Below, piece after piece: positions 32,759-41,603 of a DNA stretch of 64,000 bases. Location: assembly GCA_910578665.1 (NCBI GenBank), contig CAJTQU010000007.1, positions 26,179 through 90,178 on the forward strand, written 5' to 3'. Source of the DNA: an uncultured Muribaculaceae bacterium. GTDB lineage: Bacteria; Bacteroidota; Bacteroidia; Bacteroidales; Muribaculaceae. Numbering within the stretch: position 1 is the stretch's first letter; each line of letters opens with the position of its first letter. The notes under the pieces are model-generated. The model saw only the letters and a list, made by a program, of their open reading frames with translations, ran no database searches and had not been told where the DNA came from. The translations under genes and the position numbers were made by a program.

Positions 32759-34429
32759 TTATAGTTTTAGTAGTGAGCGGGCATTCATTATGGCAGCGTC
32801 ATCCACTACGGCCCCGGCAAGCATGCGTGCAGTCTCCATAACTCTCTCCTCCTCTCCGAGACGCATTATCCTGGTATGCGTGGCATCGGCCGAGTCTTCC
32901 TTATATACTTTGAAATGAACGTCTCCCCGGACAGCCACCTGCGGCAGGTGGGTTATCGCTATGACCTGCCTGCTGGCCGCGATTTCTTTCATCATGGCAC
33001 CTATACGGGCGGCCACATCGCCGCTCACGCCTGTGTCTACCTCGTCAAACACAAGCGTAGGCAGCTGCATCCGCGAGGCCACAATACTCTTAAGACATAG
33101 CATGAGACGTGAAATTTCTCCGCCAGACGCAATTGAAGATACAGGCTGCATCTCCTGGTTTTTGTTAAAGGCACATTTGAAAACCGGCAAGTCGCACCCT
33201 TCCACGGTGTATTTACACGGAGTTATGGCAACAGCAAATTTCAAATTCGCCATACCGAGCGGCAAAGCGGCCCGCACCATAAGCCCGGAAAAGACCTCGG
33301 CAGCCTCACGGCGCGATTCCGTCAGTTCCGCTGCCTGCTGTCGCAGCCTCACAGCCATCTGCCTAAGTTCTTCCTCAAGTTCCGGCAGTTCGCCGTCGTC
33401 ACCTGTTATAGCGCCGAGCTGGCGCTCCAGGTCGGCATACAGCTCTATCAGTTCACGCTCCCCGGCAACTTTGAAACGGCGCTGCGTCTCATAAAGTGCC
33501 GACAGCCGTTTCTCCACTTTGTCAAGAAGCGCCGGATTGGCACTGACCTTTTCAGTCCAGCCGGACAACGTCTCGGCTATATCTTTAAGTTCTATCGCGA
33601 CAGTCTCCAGACGCCCCATAATATCATCCGGCATCTCGCCATCGCTGGCAAACAGGCCGAGATTCACATCTTGAAGCAGCTTTCGTGCCTCGCGCAACCG
33701 GGACAACGCAGAAGTGTCTGACTCCGAAAGCAGCCCGGCAGCCCCCCCCAGACTGTCGCTTATGGCAGCCGAATCGCCAAGAATCTCCTGCATCCTTTCA
33801 AGCTCCGATTGTTCTCCTGCTTTCGGTTTGAGCTTGCGCAGATGGTCAAGACGGAAACGTATGAATTCCTCATTTTCCCTGCTAGCGGCCAAACGTGTCT
33901 TCATCTCTGCCACACGGCTGCGCAGTTTGACATATTCACGATATGTAGCGGTATAGCGTTCCCTTAACACAGTGTTTCCGGCTATTGAGTCTAGAACACC
34001 TAGCTGGAACCTGGTATCCGATATCAGCAAATTGTTATGCTGGGAATGTATGTCCACCAGACGGGAGGCTATATCGCCCAATATAGCCGTCGTGACCGGA
34101 GAATCGTTTACAAACGCACGAGACCTTCCGGTAGGAGAAATCTCACGGCGTAGCAGCAGTTCGTCATCACTCCATACCAGGTCATGGCTGTCAAACAAAG
34201 GTCTGAGATCATAACCTCCGGTGTCAAACGCTCCTTCGACCACGATTTTCCTGCCTGTAACGGCCAGCCGCCTGACGTCGGCCCTGGCACCGAGCAACAG
34301 CGACAGGGCACCGAGCAAAATAGTCTTGCCGGCACCCGTTTCGCCTGTAATAATGCTGAGACCCGGTTCCAATTCTATCTCAGCACTATCTATAAGGGCA
34401 TAATTGTTTATGTACAGTCTTTTAAACAT
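32759..34429 (-). CDS. recN: DNA repair protein RecN
   Basis: 556 aa with Walker A GETGAGKT, a long coiled-coil centre, and a C-terminal signature and Walker B (...ASGGEISRLMLCLK...LVFDEVDTGVSG). Confidence 0.9.
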   Translation of the reverse strand: MFKRLYINNYALIDSAEIELEPGLSIITGETGAGKTILLGALSLLLGARADVRRLAVTGRKIVVEGAFDTGGYDLRPLFDSHDLVWSDDELLLRREISPTGRSRAFVNDSPVTTAILGDIASRLVDIHSQHNNLLISDTRFQLGVLDSIAGNTVLRERYTATYREYVKLRSRVAEMKTRLAASRENEEFIRFRLDHLRKLKPKAGEQSELERMQEILGDSAAISDSLGGAAGLLSESDTSALSRLREARKLLQDVNLGLFASDGEMPDDIMGRLETVAIELKDIAETLSGWTEKVSANPALLDKVEKRLSALYETQRRFKVAGERELIELYADLERQLGAITGDDGELPELEEELRQMAVRLRQQAAELTESRREAAEVFSGLMVRAALPLGMANLKFAVAITPCKYTVEGCDLPVFKCAFNKNQEMQPVSSIASGGEISRLMLCLKSIVASRMQLPTLVFDEVDTGVSGDVAARIGAMMKEIAASRQVIAITHLPQVAVRGDVHFKVYKEDSADATHTRIMRLGEEERVMETARMLAGAVVDDAAIMNARSLLKL

Positions 34430-34445
34430 AGGCCATGCTGGTTCC

Positions 34446-35354
34446 TCACTTCCGCACAGGGTTGCGTATCTGGTCCAGACGCTCGGTTTCGGTCGGATAA
34501 ATATCTTTCAAGAGATTGTAGACATCTTCCCGTTCCGAATCTGGTGCCCCTGAATATATATTGACCAACTCGTCAAGCTTTGTATCCTTAAATATAGACA
34601 GGGCCACACTCATAGGTGCTGTCTGGTAAATTTTCTGTAAAGCCTTTAACGACTCTGTGATCACGGCACGTCCCTTGTCTGGGCTTGTGGCCATCTCGTC
34701 AAGACCCTTGCGGTGGTAATTATACATCATCTCGCGTATTCCGGATGTGGCAGCATCGGTATACGAAGACAAAACCGCCGAGCGGTTCTTTGTGTCTTCA
34801 AAGGCTCTCCATCCTACCTCGCCGCTTCCCTGGGCCATCTGCACTATACTGGCCACACGGTCGAAGTACGGCTGCCCCCCGAGAGGCGAAAAAGAATCAA
34901 AATCAAGGGCGAGAAAGAGATTCGCATAATAGTTCAATATAGAAGTAAGATTATCCTCCCATGAAGACTCGTTATAATTCAGAGGCTCGCCGCGACGGTG
35001 GGTAAACTCCACCTTGTTATCTTTGAAGTTGATAAGCGTGGTCGTATAAGTGCTGTTATACACGGGGCGCGAAACCTGTACCTGGACATCGGCAGTGAAT
35101 TTGTCATCCTCATACTTACTTACAGTCATAAAAAAACGACACTCGATTTTCTCATTAGGGGCAAACTGCGCATTAGTCCATTTTCTGGTATTGAAATATT
35201 CGGTTATGGCTTCTTGCAGTTCTTCAAACGGACTTTTGTCCGTTCCCTCGATCTTAGAGGAGTTTATCTCGACCGTACAGTTTAGTTCCTGCGCCGAGAC
35301 AGGCAGCAGGCAGGCCGTGATGACGGCAAAAAATATGAGGAATATACGTTTCAT
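34446..35354 (-). CDS. DUF4835-family protein (PorD-like, type IX secretion-associated)
   Basis: 302 aa with a signal peptide, then QELNCTVEINSSKIEGTDKSPFEELQEAITEYFNTRKWT... Conserved recN-DUF4835-coaBC order in Bacteroidota (from memory). Confidence 0.55.
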   Translation of the reverse strand: MKRIFLIFFAVITACLLPVSAQELNCTVEINSSKIEGTDKSPFEELQEAITEYFNTRKWTNAQFAPNEKIECRFFMTVSKYEDDKFTADVQVQVSRPVYNSTYTTTLINFKDNKVEFTHRRGEPLNYNESSWEDNLTSILNYYANLFLALDFDSFSPLGGQPYFDRVASIVQMAQGSGEVGWRAFEDTKNRSAVLSSYTDAATSGIREMMYNYHRKGLDEMATSPDKGRAVITESLKALQKIYQTAPMSVALSIFKDTKLDELVNIYSGAPDSEREDVYNLLKDIYPTETERLDQIRNPVRK

Positions 35355-35357
35355 CTG

Positions 35358-36563
35358 TCAATCCTTGATACAATCGAGAATATCTGCCGCCACATCTGCC
35401 TTAGATTTGGCCGGAAAAGGCACAGCCTCCCCCGTAGCCGCACATATCATCGTAATTTTATTGGTATCCTTACGGAAGCCGGCTTCAGGATCTCGCAGAG
35501 AGTTTAGCACTATCCAGTCCATATTTTTTCTGGCTGCTTTCGCACGCGCATTTTCAATCTCATGGTCTGTCTCCAGCGCAAATCCTACCACGACCTGTCC
35601 CGGACGCTTACGCGCACCCAGTGTGGCCGCAATATCCGGATTCCTGACCAGCGACAGTGTCAATTCTTCCCTGCCCTCGCGCTTTATCTTATGGTCGCTG
35701 CAGGCCGCAGGCCGGTAATCTGCCACAGCCGCGCACAATATGGCTATATCAGCCGTGTCAAAATGTTCTTCACACGCAGCCATCATCTGCGCCGCACTCA
35801 CGACATCAATACGCCTTATACGGTCTGACCCTGGCACCGGCAGCTCTACAGGACCGGCCACAAGCACAACTTCGGCACCGAGAGATGCCGCGCGTCCGGC
35901 CAGGGCAAAGCCCATCTTTCCGCTCGAATAATTACCGATAAAACGCACCGGGTCAATATTTTCGTACGTAGGTCCGGCCGTAATTAATATTTTTTTACCT
36001 TTCAGATGCTCTCCCTCGGCAAAATAATTCTCTAGCACATCAAAAATACGCTCCGGCTCTTCCATACGCCCCTTGCCCACCAGACCTGATGCCAGTTCGC
36101 CTGCCTCGGGTTCGATGATCTCCACCCCGTCAGCCCTCAGTGTAGCCAGGTTGCGTCGTGTAGACGGATGAGCAAACATATCCAGATCCATTGCCGGCGC
36201 GACAAACACTTTTTCTTTAGCGGACAGATAGGTTGTAATCAGCATATTGTCTGCCACTCCGTTTGCCATTTTCGCTATCGTAGAGGCTGTGGCCGGAGCT
36301 ATCACCATGGCATCTGCCCACAACCCGAGGTCCACATGGGAATGCCATTCGCCCGTGTTTGCCGTGAAAAACTCGCTGACCACGGGATTTCCGCTCAATG
36401 ACGAAAGTGTGACAGGAGTGATAAACTCCTTGCCATGCGGCGTAATTACGACCTGGACCTCGGCTCCGGCCTTGCGCAGCAGACGCAGCAGCGACACACT
36501 CTTATAGGCGGCGATACCGCCGCTTATACCCAATATGATATGTTTGTCTTTCAGCGCACTCAC
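35358..36563 (-). CDS. coaBC: bifunctional phosphopantothenoylcysteine decarboxylase / phosphopantothenate-cysteine ligase
   Basis: 401 aa, ...ILGISGGIAAYKS... flavoprotein N-domain plus a CoaB C-domain. Confidence 0.9.
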   Translation of the reverse strand: MSALKDKHIILGISGGIAAYKSVSLLRLLRKAGAEVQVVITPHGKEFITPVTLSSLSGNPVVSEFFTANTGEWHSHVDLGLWADAMVIAPATASTIAKMANGVADNMLITTYLSAKEKVFVAPAMDLDMFAHPSTRRNLATLRADGVEIIEPEAGELASGLVGKGRMEEPERIFDVLENYFAEGEHLKGKKILITAGPTYENIDPVRFIGNYSSGKMGFALAGRAASLGAEVVLVAGPVELPVPGSDRIRRIDVVSAAQMMAACEEHFDTADIAILCAAVADYRPAACSDHKIKREGREELTLSLVRNPDIAATLGARKRPGQVVVGFALETDHEIENARAKAARKNMDWIVLNSLRDPEAGFRKDTNKITMICAATGEAVPFPAKSKADVAADILDCIKD

Positions 36564-37336
36564 TTCTTTACTCCTTTTATATATATAGCCGTTATAATAT
36601 CCTTGGTATCTTTAGGGAAATCACCCTGCATCATCCAGCGGTAATACGAAGGCTCGCGACGAAACACATCGGCCACTTTCTGCCCCTTGTACTTGCCGAA
36701 ATTGAACACTGCCTCGCCGTCTGTGCCGCGTGACAGGCGTCCGGCCAAATCCATATTGCCTCCCTGGACCGAAAAACGCGCAAGTTTATCCATGTCATTC
36801 CCAAACTCTTCTGTTTCGGGATAACGGTCCAATTGTGCCATAAGCACCTCGTATGTGGCCATAGTGTCCGCCAGAGCCGAATGGGCGCCTTCCAGCTCCT
36901 TGCCGCAGTAGAAGCGGTAGGCAGCCGACAGTGTGCGCTGCTCAAGACGATGGTATATAGTCTGGACATCGATCAAGCGACGCCCGGACAACGAAAAGTT
37001 AAGCCCCACGCGAGAAAACTCAGCCATCAGCAGCGGCACGTCAAACTTATTGGAATTGAATCCGGCTATGTCACAACCCTCGAAAGAGAGCATCAGCTGT
37101 TCCGCTATGTCACGAAAACGAGGTTCGTCTCTGACATCATCGTCACTGATATGGTGCACCGCGGTGGCGGCAGCCGGTATCGGCATCTCAGGATTCAGCC
37201 TCTGCCTATATTCCGTATGAGATCCGTCAGGACACACCTTAACGCATGAAATTTCGACTATGCGGTCAGTACCTATATTCACACCCGTAGTCTCCAGGTC
37301 AAAGAACACCAGGGGCCTTGTAAGATTAAGCTTCAT
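36560..37336 (-). CDS. DnaQ-like 3'-5' exonuclease (DEDDh family)
   Basis: 258 aa with FFDLETTG (ExoI), ...IAGFNSNKFDVPLL... (ExoII) and ...HSALADT... (ExoIII). Four-nt overlap with coaBC. Confidence 0.75.
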   Translation of the reverse strand: MKLNLTRPLVFFDLETTGVNIGTDRIVEISCVKVCPDGSHTEYRQRLNPEMPIPAAATAVHHISDDDVRDEPRFRDIAEQLMLSFEGCDIAGFNSNKFDVPLLMAEFSRVGLNFSLSGRRLIDVQTIYHRLEQRTLSAAYRFYCGKELEGAHSALADTMATYEVLMAQLDRYPETEEFGNDMDKLARFSVQGGNMDLAGRLSRGTDGEAVFNFGKYKGQKVADVFRREPSYYRWMMQGDFPKDTKDIITAIYIKGVKK

Positions 37337-37359
37337 CTATGTGTGCTATTAGCCGTGTA

Positions 37360-38511
37360 TCAATAATCCATCACCTGCATAGGCATCAGCAGCACTAGCA
37401 AGTCTTCGCCCTCCAGATTGACCTGCGGCACAAATACGCCGGGACGGGCCGGATCAGAGAGTTTGACCACAACGGTATCGGCCTGCATATTGTTAAGCAC
37501 CTCAATCATGTATACCACATTAAACCCGATAGTCATCGAATTACCCTGGTATTCGCACTCCAGACGTTCTTCTGCCGATATTGAATAATCCAGATCCTGG
37601 GTAGCCAGAAGCACTTCGTTAGAGCGTATATTGAGACGTACAAGCGACGATGCCGAGCTGGCAAACAACGCCACACGCCTCATGGCTGTCAGCAATGACA
37701 CGCGGTCTATGGTCAGTTCAAACGGATTGTCCTGCGGTATCACACGGTTGTAATTGGGATAACGGCCGTTGATAAAACGGCAGCTCAGACGAAACGTGCC
37801 GAGCGTGAACGTGGCACTCTTGTCATCCATCTCTATAGTTATATCGGCCTCTTCCTTACCGATAAGCGAACGCAATATGGCAGCCGGCTTCGGAGCCATG
37901 ATAAACGAAGTTGTAAGGCCAGGATCCACCTCGGTGTTGACATAGCGCACCAACTTGTGAGTGTCCGATGCCACAAACGTGATACCGGGTTGAGCGACGC
38001 CGGCCTCATTCACAGGGCAGACATCCCAGAACACACCCGTCATGACCGGACGTATAGTCTCCGTACTCACAGCAAACAAAGTGTGTTCCAGACCCTTGCG
38101 CACCACCTCGGCAGGCAGTGTCATACTCTTTCCGTCTTCCTTTGCAGCCTCGGGCAGAGGGAATTCGGCACCGTTGATACCCATGAAGTTAAAATGGCCG
38201 TTGAGGAAGCGTATGTCAATATCATTATTCTCGTCATTGATATAGAATGTAAGCGGCTGCCCCGACACCTCCTTAAGCATGTCAAGAAGACGTTTTGCCG
38301 GTATGGCGATAGAACCTGATCCCTCCGGATCAAACACCTCTACGGTGGCGGTCATAGTATTTTCCTGGTCGGATCCGATTATGGTAAGCGTGCTACCCTC
38401 CAACGAGAACAGAAAATTGTCCAATATGGACAGCGCGTTCTTACTGTTCACCACCTTGCTGACTGCCGACAGCTGCTGCGACAGTGTCTTGCTTGATATA
38501 TTGAATTTCAT
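37360..38511 (-). CDS. dnaN: DNA polymerase III beta sliding clamp
   Basis: The ORF-track frame is 37360..38550. The family-typical start MKFNISSKTLSQQLSAVSKVV is at the internal ATG (cat at 38509-38511). A -7-like box at 38559-38566 would be too close to the 38550 start. Confidence 0.9.
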   Translation of the reverse strand: MKFNISSKTLSQQLSAVSKVVNSKNALSILDNFLFSLEGSTLTIIGSDQENTMTATVEVFDPEGSGSIAIPAKRLLDMLKEVSGQPLTFYINDENNDIDIRFLNGHFNFMGINGAEFPLPEAAKEDGKSMTLPAEVVRKGLEHTLFAVSTETIRPVMTGVFWDVCPVNEAGVAQPGITFVASDTHKLVRYVNTEVDPGLTTSFIMAPKPAAILRSLIGKEEADITIEMDDKSATFTLGTFRLSCRFINGRYPNYNRVIPQDNPFELTIDRVSLLTAMRRVALFASSASSLVRLNIRSNEVLLATQDLDYSISAEERLECEYQGNSMTIGFNVVYMIEVLNNMQADTVVVKLSDPARPGVFVPQVNLEGEDLLVLLMPMQVMDY

Positions 38512-38558
38512 ACGGGTATGTTGTGTGATTATACTTTGAAGTGATTCCAATTAACCGA

Positions 38559-38566
38559 CAAAGATA
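38559..38566 (-). promoter_or_regulatory. possible -7 promoter box (TATCTTTG) for dnaN
   Basis: Plus-strand CAAAGATA equals minus-strand TATCTTTG, 48 nt upstream of the preferred dnaN ATG. Confidence 0.35.
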
Positions 38567-38666
38567 TAAAAAAAATTTCACATCTGCCCTATCGCCCTCC
38601 CCAAATCAGCCCAAATCAGCAAACAATGTCTGCCCTCAAACATTCTATAACAGCCGGACCAGTGTT

Positions 38667-38698
38667 ATATTCCATTATGAAAAATCATAATGGAATAT
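38667..38698 (-). terminator. 14-bp hairpin downstream of tatC (possible operon terminator)
   Basis: ATATTCCATTATGA (38667-38680), a 4-nt loop, then TCATAATGGAATAT (38685-38698). It is AT-rich and has no clear U-tract. Confidence 0.35.
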
Positions 38699-38759
38699 TA
38701 TACGAACACTCAAAACAAGGTTATTTCAGTATTTATACGGCAACTCTATAAATTTGCAG

Positions 38760-39548
38760 TTAAGATTTTCGCTCTACCGATCTTATTACTCTTATGCTAA
38801 TTTCGTATAACAGATACAACGGGATGGCAACAAGTATTAAAGTCATAATATCAGGAGGCGTTATTATCGCTGCAATAACACATATGGCAAGAAATGCGTA
38901 ACTGCGATATTTTATCAGATATGATGATTGAACCAATCCCATCCGCCCTAATACATAGGCTACGACAGGCAGTTGGAACACAAGACCCATCATAAGCGTA
39001 AGAGTCACAAAAGTAGATATATAGCTATCAAGTGTTATAGCGCTATGCACTTTGTCTGCCACCGAATATGTTCCCAGAAATCTGAAAGATATTGGAAATA
39101 AGACAAAATAACTCATAAATATGCCAATAATGAAAAGCAGATATATTATACAAACTATCTGCACGGAATATTTCTTCTCGTTATCTAACAAAGCTGGCGA
39201 AACGAATTTAAACAATTCATAGAGAATGAACGGCGAAGAACAAAACAAACCCAAATAAACCGAAGTAGTTATATGTGTCATAAACTGACTTGACAAATCT
39301 GTCGCTATCAAGTCTATATGAAATGCTCCAAAACTGAATTCCGGCTTAAACGTACGTATTAAATCTTCCAACCAACGATAAGTGCAGAAGTCAGGTTCGC
39401 TTGGAGACAGCAATACGGAAAACGTTACGTCTTTAAAAGCAAATATCAAACATGCAAATATAAGAGTTACAGCCAATATGCGAATTAATATTTTTCGGAG
39501 GACATCAAGATGCCCTCCGAATGTCATGAAAGATTTTTCCGATGACAT
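38760..39548 (-). CDS. tatC: twin-arginine translocase subunit TatC
   Basis: 262 aa. The N-terminus ...GGHLDVLRKILIRILAVTLIFACLIF... matches the HLxELRxRLI start of TatC. Six hydrophobic segments. Starts 3 nt after the tatA stop. Confidence 0.85.
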   Translation of the reverse strand: MSSEKSFMTFGGHLDVLRKILIRILAVTLIFACLIFAFKDVTFSVLLSPSEPDFCTYRWLEDLIRTFKPEFSFGAFHIDLIATDLSSQFMTHITTSVYLGLFCSSPFILYELFKFVSPALLDNEKKYSVQIVCIIYLLFIIGIFMSYFVLFPISFRFLGTYSVADKVHSAITLDSYISTFVTLTLMMGLVFQLPVVAYVLGRMGLVQSSYLIKYRSYAFLAICVIAAIITPPDIMTLILVAIPLYLLYEISIRVIRSVERKS

Positions 39549-39551
39549 AGA

Positions 39552-39782
39552 TTAATTTTTTCGTTCTGGAGAAGTAGCCGGAGATTCCTCCGGCAATATA
39601 TCACTATCTGGCATGTCATTGCCTTTTATATCAGTTGAAACCTCTTTCATTCCGTCTTTGAACTCACGGACTCCCTTTCCAAGTCCGCGCATCATTTCGG
39701 GAAGTTTTTTACCTCCAACTAAAAGGATAGCGAGTCCTCCTATCAATAACAACTCGGTAGTACCAATAAAACATAGCATCAT
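39552..39782 (-). CDS. tatA: twin-arginine translocase subunit TatA/E
   Basis: 76 aa with one TM followed by an amphipathic helix: ...LLLIGGLAILLVGGKKLPEMMRGLGKGVREFKDGMKE... ATGA overlap with the upstream 95-aa gene. Confidence 0.85.
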   Translation of the reverse strand: MMLCFIGTTELLLIGGLAILLVGGKKLPEMMRGLGKGVREFKDGMKEVSTDIKGNDMPDSDILPEESPATSPERKN

Positions 39783-40066
39783 AACAAAACAATCATTCCG
39801 GCGTTACTATATATATTACAGTCAGAAAAATCTATTTCCCAACTTCCATTATCCGCACTTTCCCAAGCATACTTGACAGACATTGACGACCACCAATTAC
39901 GAAAAGAAGTCTCTGTCTCAGCCAAATCTTTAACAAGTTTCTCGTAAAGATCTTCATTATCAGATGTGAGAATCTTTGCTAACTCAGCAAGTCCACTTTT
40001 TCTCTCAAAAAGCATCTGTATTGTATCTCTTTCTTGAGAATTAACCTGACCAATAAGTTTTTTCAT
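39779..40066 (-). CDS. small cytoplasmic accessory protein of the Cys-repeat peptide system
   Basis: 95 aa, MKKLIGQVNSQERDTIQMLFERKSGLAELAKILTSDNEDLYEKLVKDLAETETSFRNWWSS... Helical and acidic, with no signal peptide. Size and context fit my recollection of the 'CXXX repeat peptide modification system protein' family. Confidence 0.5.
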   Translation of the reverse strand: MKKLIGQVNSQERDTIQMLFERKSGLAELAKILTSDNEDLYEKLVKDLAETETSFRNWWSSMSVKYAWESADNGSWEIDFSDCNIYSNAGMIVLL

Positions 40067-40145
40067 TTTAAATCATATAGGTATTTGAAATATTCTTAAA
40101 TAAGAATGATTCTCTCCATTTAAAACTAGTAAACAAGCCCTGCTA

Positions 40146-40631
40146 TCATGCCCTGAACATATAATATGCTCTTATTCTGCAATTACTGCCACAATTATTG
40201 AAAACAACACTCTTTTCCCATAATATAATCAAGTCACTCCAATTTCCATTTTGAGAACAAGACTCAATTATACCGATCTGTTTACCATCCATTATAATCT
40301 TATTATCATTGACCTGGCAGTTGACAGTCTCAACTGTAGTCTCTTGATTATCTAGATAGCTAATTAAAAAACCGTCTACCAGATTTTCACCTATGGGAGC
40401 CACACATATATATGTATACGTATATGCGTTATAGTCAACAATTTGATCTTGACCACCTTCTTCTGAATAAAGGTCTATCTGTTTACATTCCATCCATAAA
40501 CCTGGAAACTGGTTTGTAATACCAGATGTTGTTTCACTTAGTTCGTCACTATTGTCATCTTTACTACATGATGTTATAATAATATTAGCAAAAAACAGGA
40601 TTATAAAACTCAGATATTTTATTTGTTTCAT
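40146..40631 (-). CDS. lipoprotein with an acidic post-Cys stretch (possible surface-export signal)
   Basis: The ORF-track start 40640 is a TTG. The ATG at 40629-40631 gives MKQIKYLSFIILFFANIIITSCSKDDNSDE... (lipobox ITSC, then SKDDNSDE). 161 aa, no recognisable family. Confidence 0.65.
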   Translation of the reverse strand: MKQIKYLSFIILFFANIIITSCSKDDNSDELSETTSGITNQFPGLWMECKQIDLYSEEGGQDQIVDYNAYTYTYICVAPIGENLVDGFLISYLDNQETTVETVNCQVNDNKIIMDGKQIGIIESCSQNGNWSDLIILWEKSVVFNNCGSNCRIRAYYMFRA

Positions 40632-40646
40632 TTTTAACAATTTAAA

Positions 40647-41603
40647 TTATTGATTAATAATACAATCTAAAGGATCAAGATAGTCAATTTCAGCAATGGA
40701 AATTCCTTCAACAATCGGGGTTCTATCACTTTTTAAATTTTCCAGAAAATTTTTTGAAGCATTCCGTTCGCAATGCGCAAGAAGACACTGTATTCTACCA
40801 GGAGTATTCACTTCGCGCGTTACGCGCTGATTAAGCCAAACACACCTCTTACACTGATATGCATCACATATCTTACATATGGGAGCATGGTTAATATCAA
40901 AAAGATAATGATTCTTTATGAATATACCATCTGTTAGTGAACCTATATTCTCCATGCCGACACTATAAAATCCGGGACATATATAAAATAAGCCATCCGG
41001 AGATACCGTGATCGATTCAACAGCCGCATTACAGTTATTCATATCCTTAAGTATCACACGGTCGGTAATAAGATTAAATTGAACCGCATTGCCTTGTGAA
41101 TACAACTCTGACAATAGAGGTATCAGACTATCAAGAAACGATTTATATGCAATGACTTGGCTCTCAGAGACTGACTCTATATCCGTAATAACTACATTAA
41201 GACGACTCAGCCGGTGTAAAAGCTCCCTCATTATATCACCACTTTCAAGTAGATCTTTAAATGTTGTGCGAATTACGCAAGTGATATCCAATTTCAATCT
41301 AAAATCATAAAGATCTGTCCATGAATCGAAAACTATTATTTGAGCTTTATCTAAAGTTTCCTTTACAGGGTAGTCAAAGGGCATAATCTTTATATGATCG
41401 ACACTCTCAACAACATCGTTTATTTCCACTGGCAATTCTTCTCGCGGATAAACAAATTGGATATAAAGATTTTCCAGCATACTGAATCTAACAATCTCAT
41501 GAAGAGTGTCAATATCAGTAAAACTGTCTTTAATACTTTGATTTGGATAATGACAAAAAGATATGGCATTAGCACCAAGTGGAACAATCAGATATTTCAA
41601 CAT
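40647..41603 (-). CDS. SPASM-type Cys-cluster protein lacking the radical SAM CxxxCxxC motif (second maturase component)
   Basis: 318 aa. The N-terminal half has a single Cys (ISFCHYP). The C-terminal half has ...NNCNAAVESITVSPDGLFYICPGF..., ...PICKICDAYQCKRCVW..., ...QCLLAHCER... Seven-nt overlap with the rSAM gene. The size fits my recollection of the 'CXXX repeat peptide maturase' family. Confidence 0.6.
   Translation of the reverse strand: MLKYLIVPLGANAISFCHYPNQSIKDSFTDIDTLHEIVRFSMLENLYIQFVYPREELPVEINDVVESVDHIKIMPFDYPVKETLDKAQIIVFDSWTDLYDFRLKLDITCVIRTTFKDLLESGDIMRELLHRLSRLNVVITDIESVSESQVIAYKSFLDSLIPLLSELYSQGNAVQFNLITDRVILKDMNNCNAAVESITVSPDGLFYICPGFYSVGMENIGSLTDGIFIKNHYLFDINHAPICKICDAYQCKRCVWLNQRVTREVNTPGRIQCLLAHCERNASKNFLENLKSDRTPIVEGISIAEIDYLDPLDCIINQ

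Noticed and set aside
35050-35718. 222-aa plus-strand ORF spanning the DUF4835/coaBC junction
   Set aside because: Antisense to two well-supported genes and crosses their boundary. This is a shadow ORF.
38599-38618. Tandem 10-bp duplication CCAAATCAGC x2
   Set aside because: Only two copies, in a spacer. There is no evidence of function.
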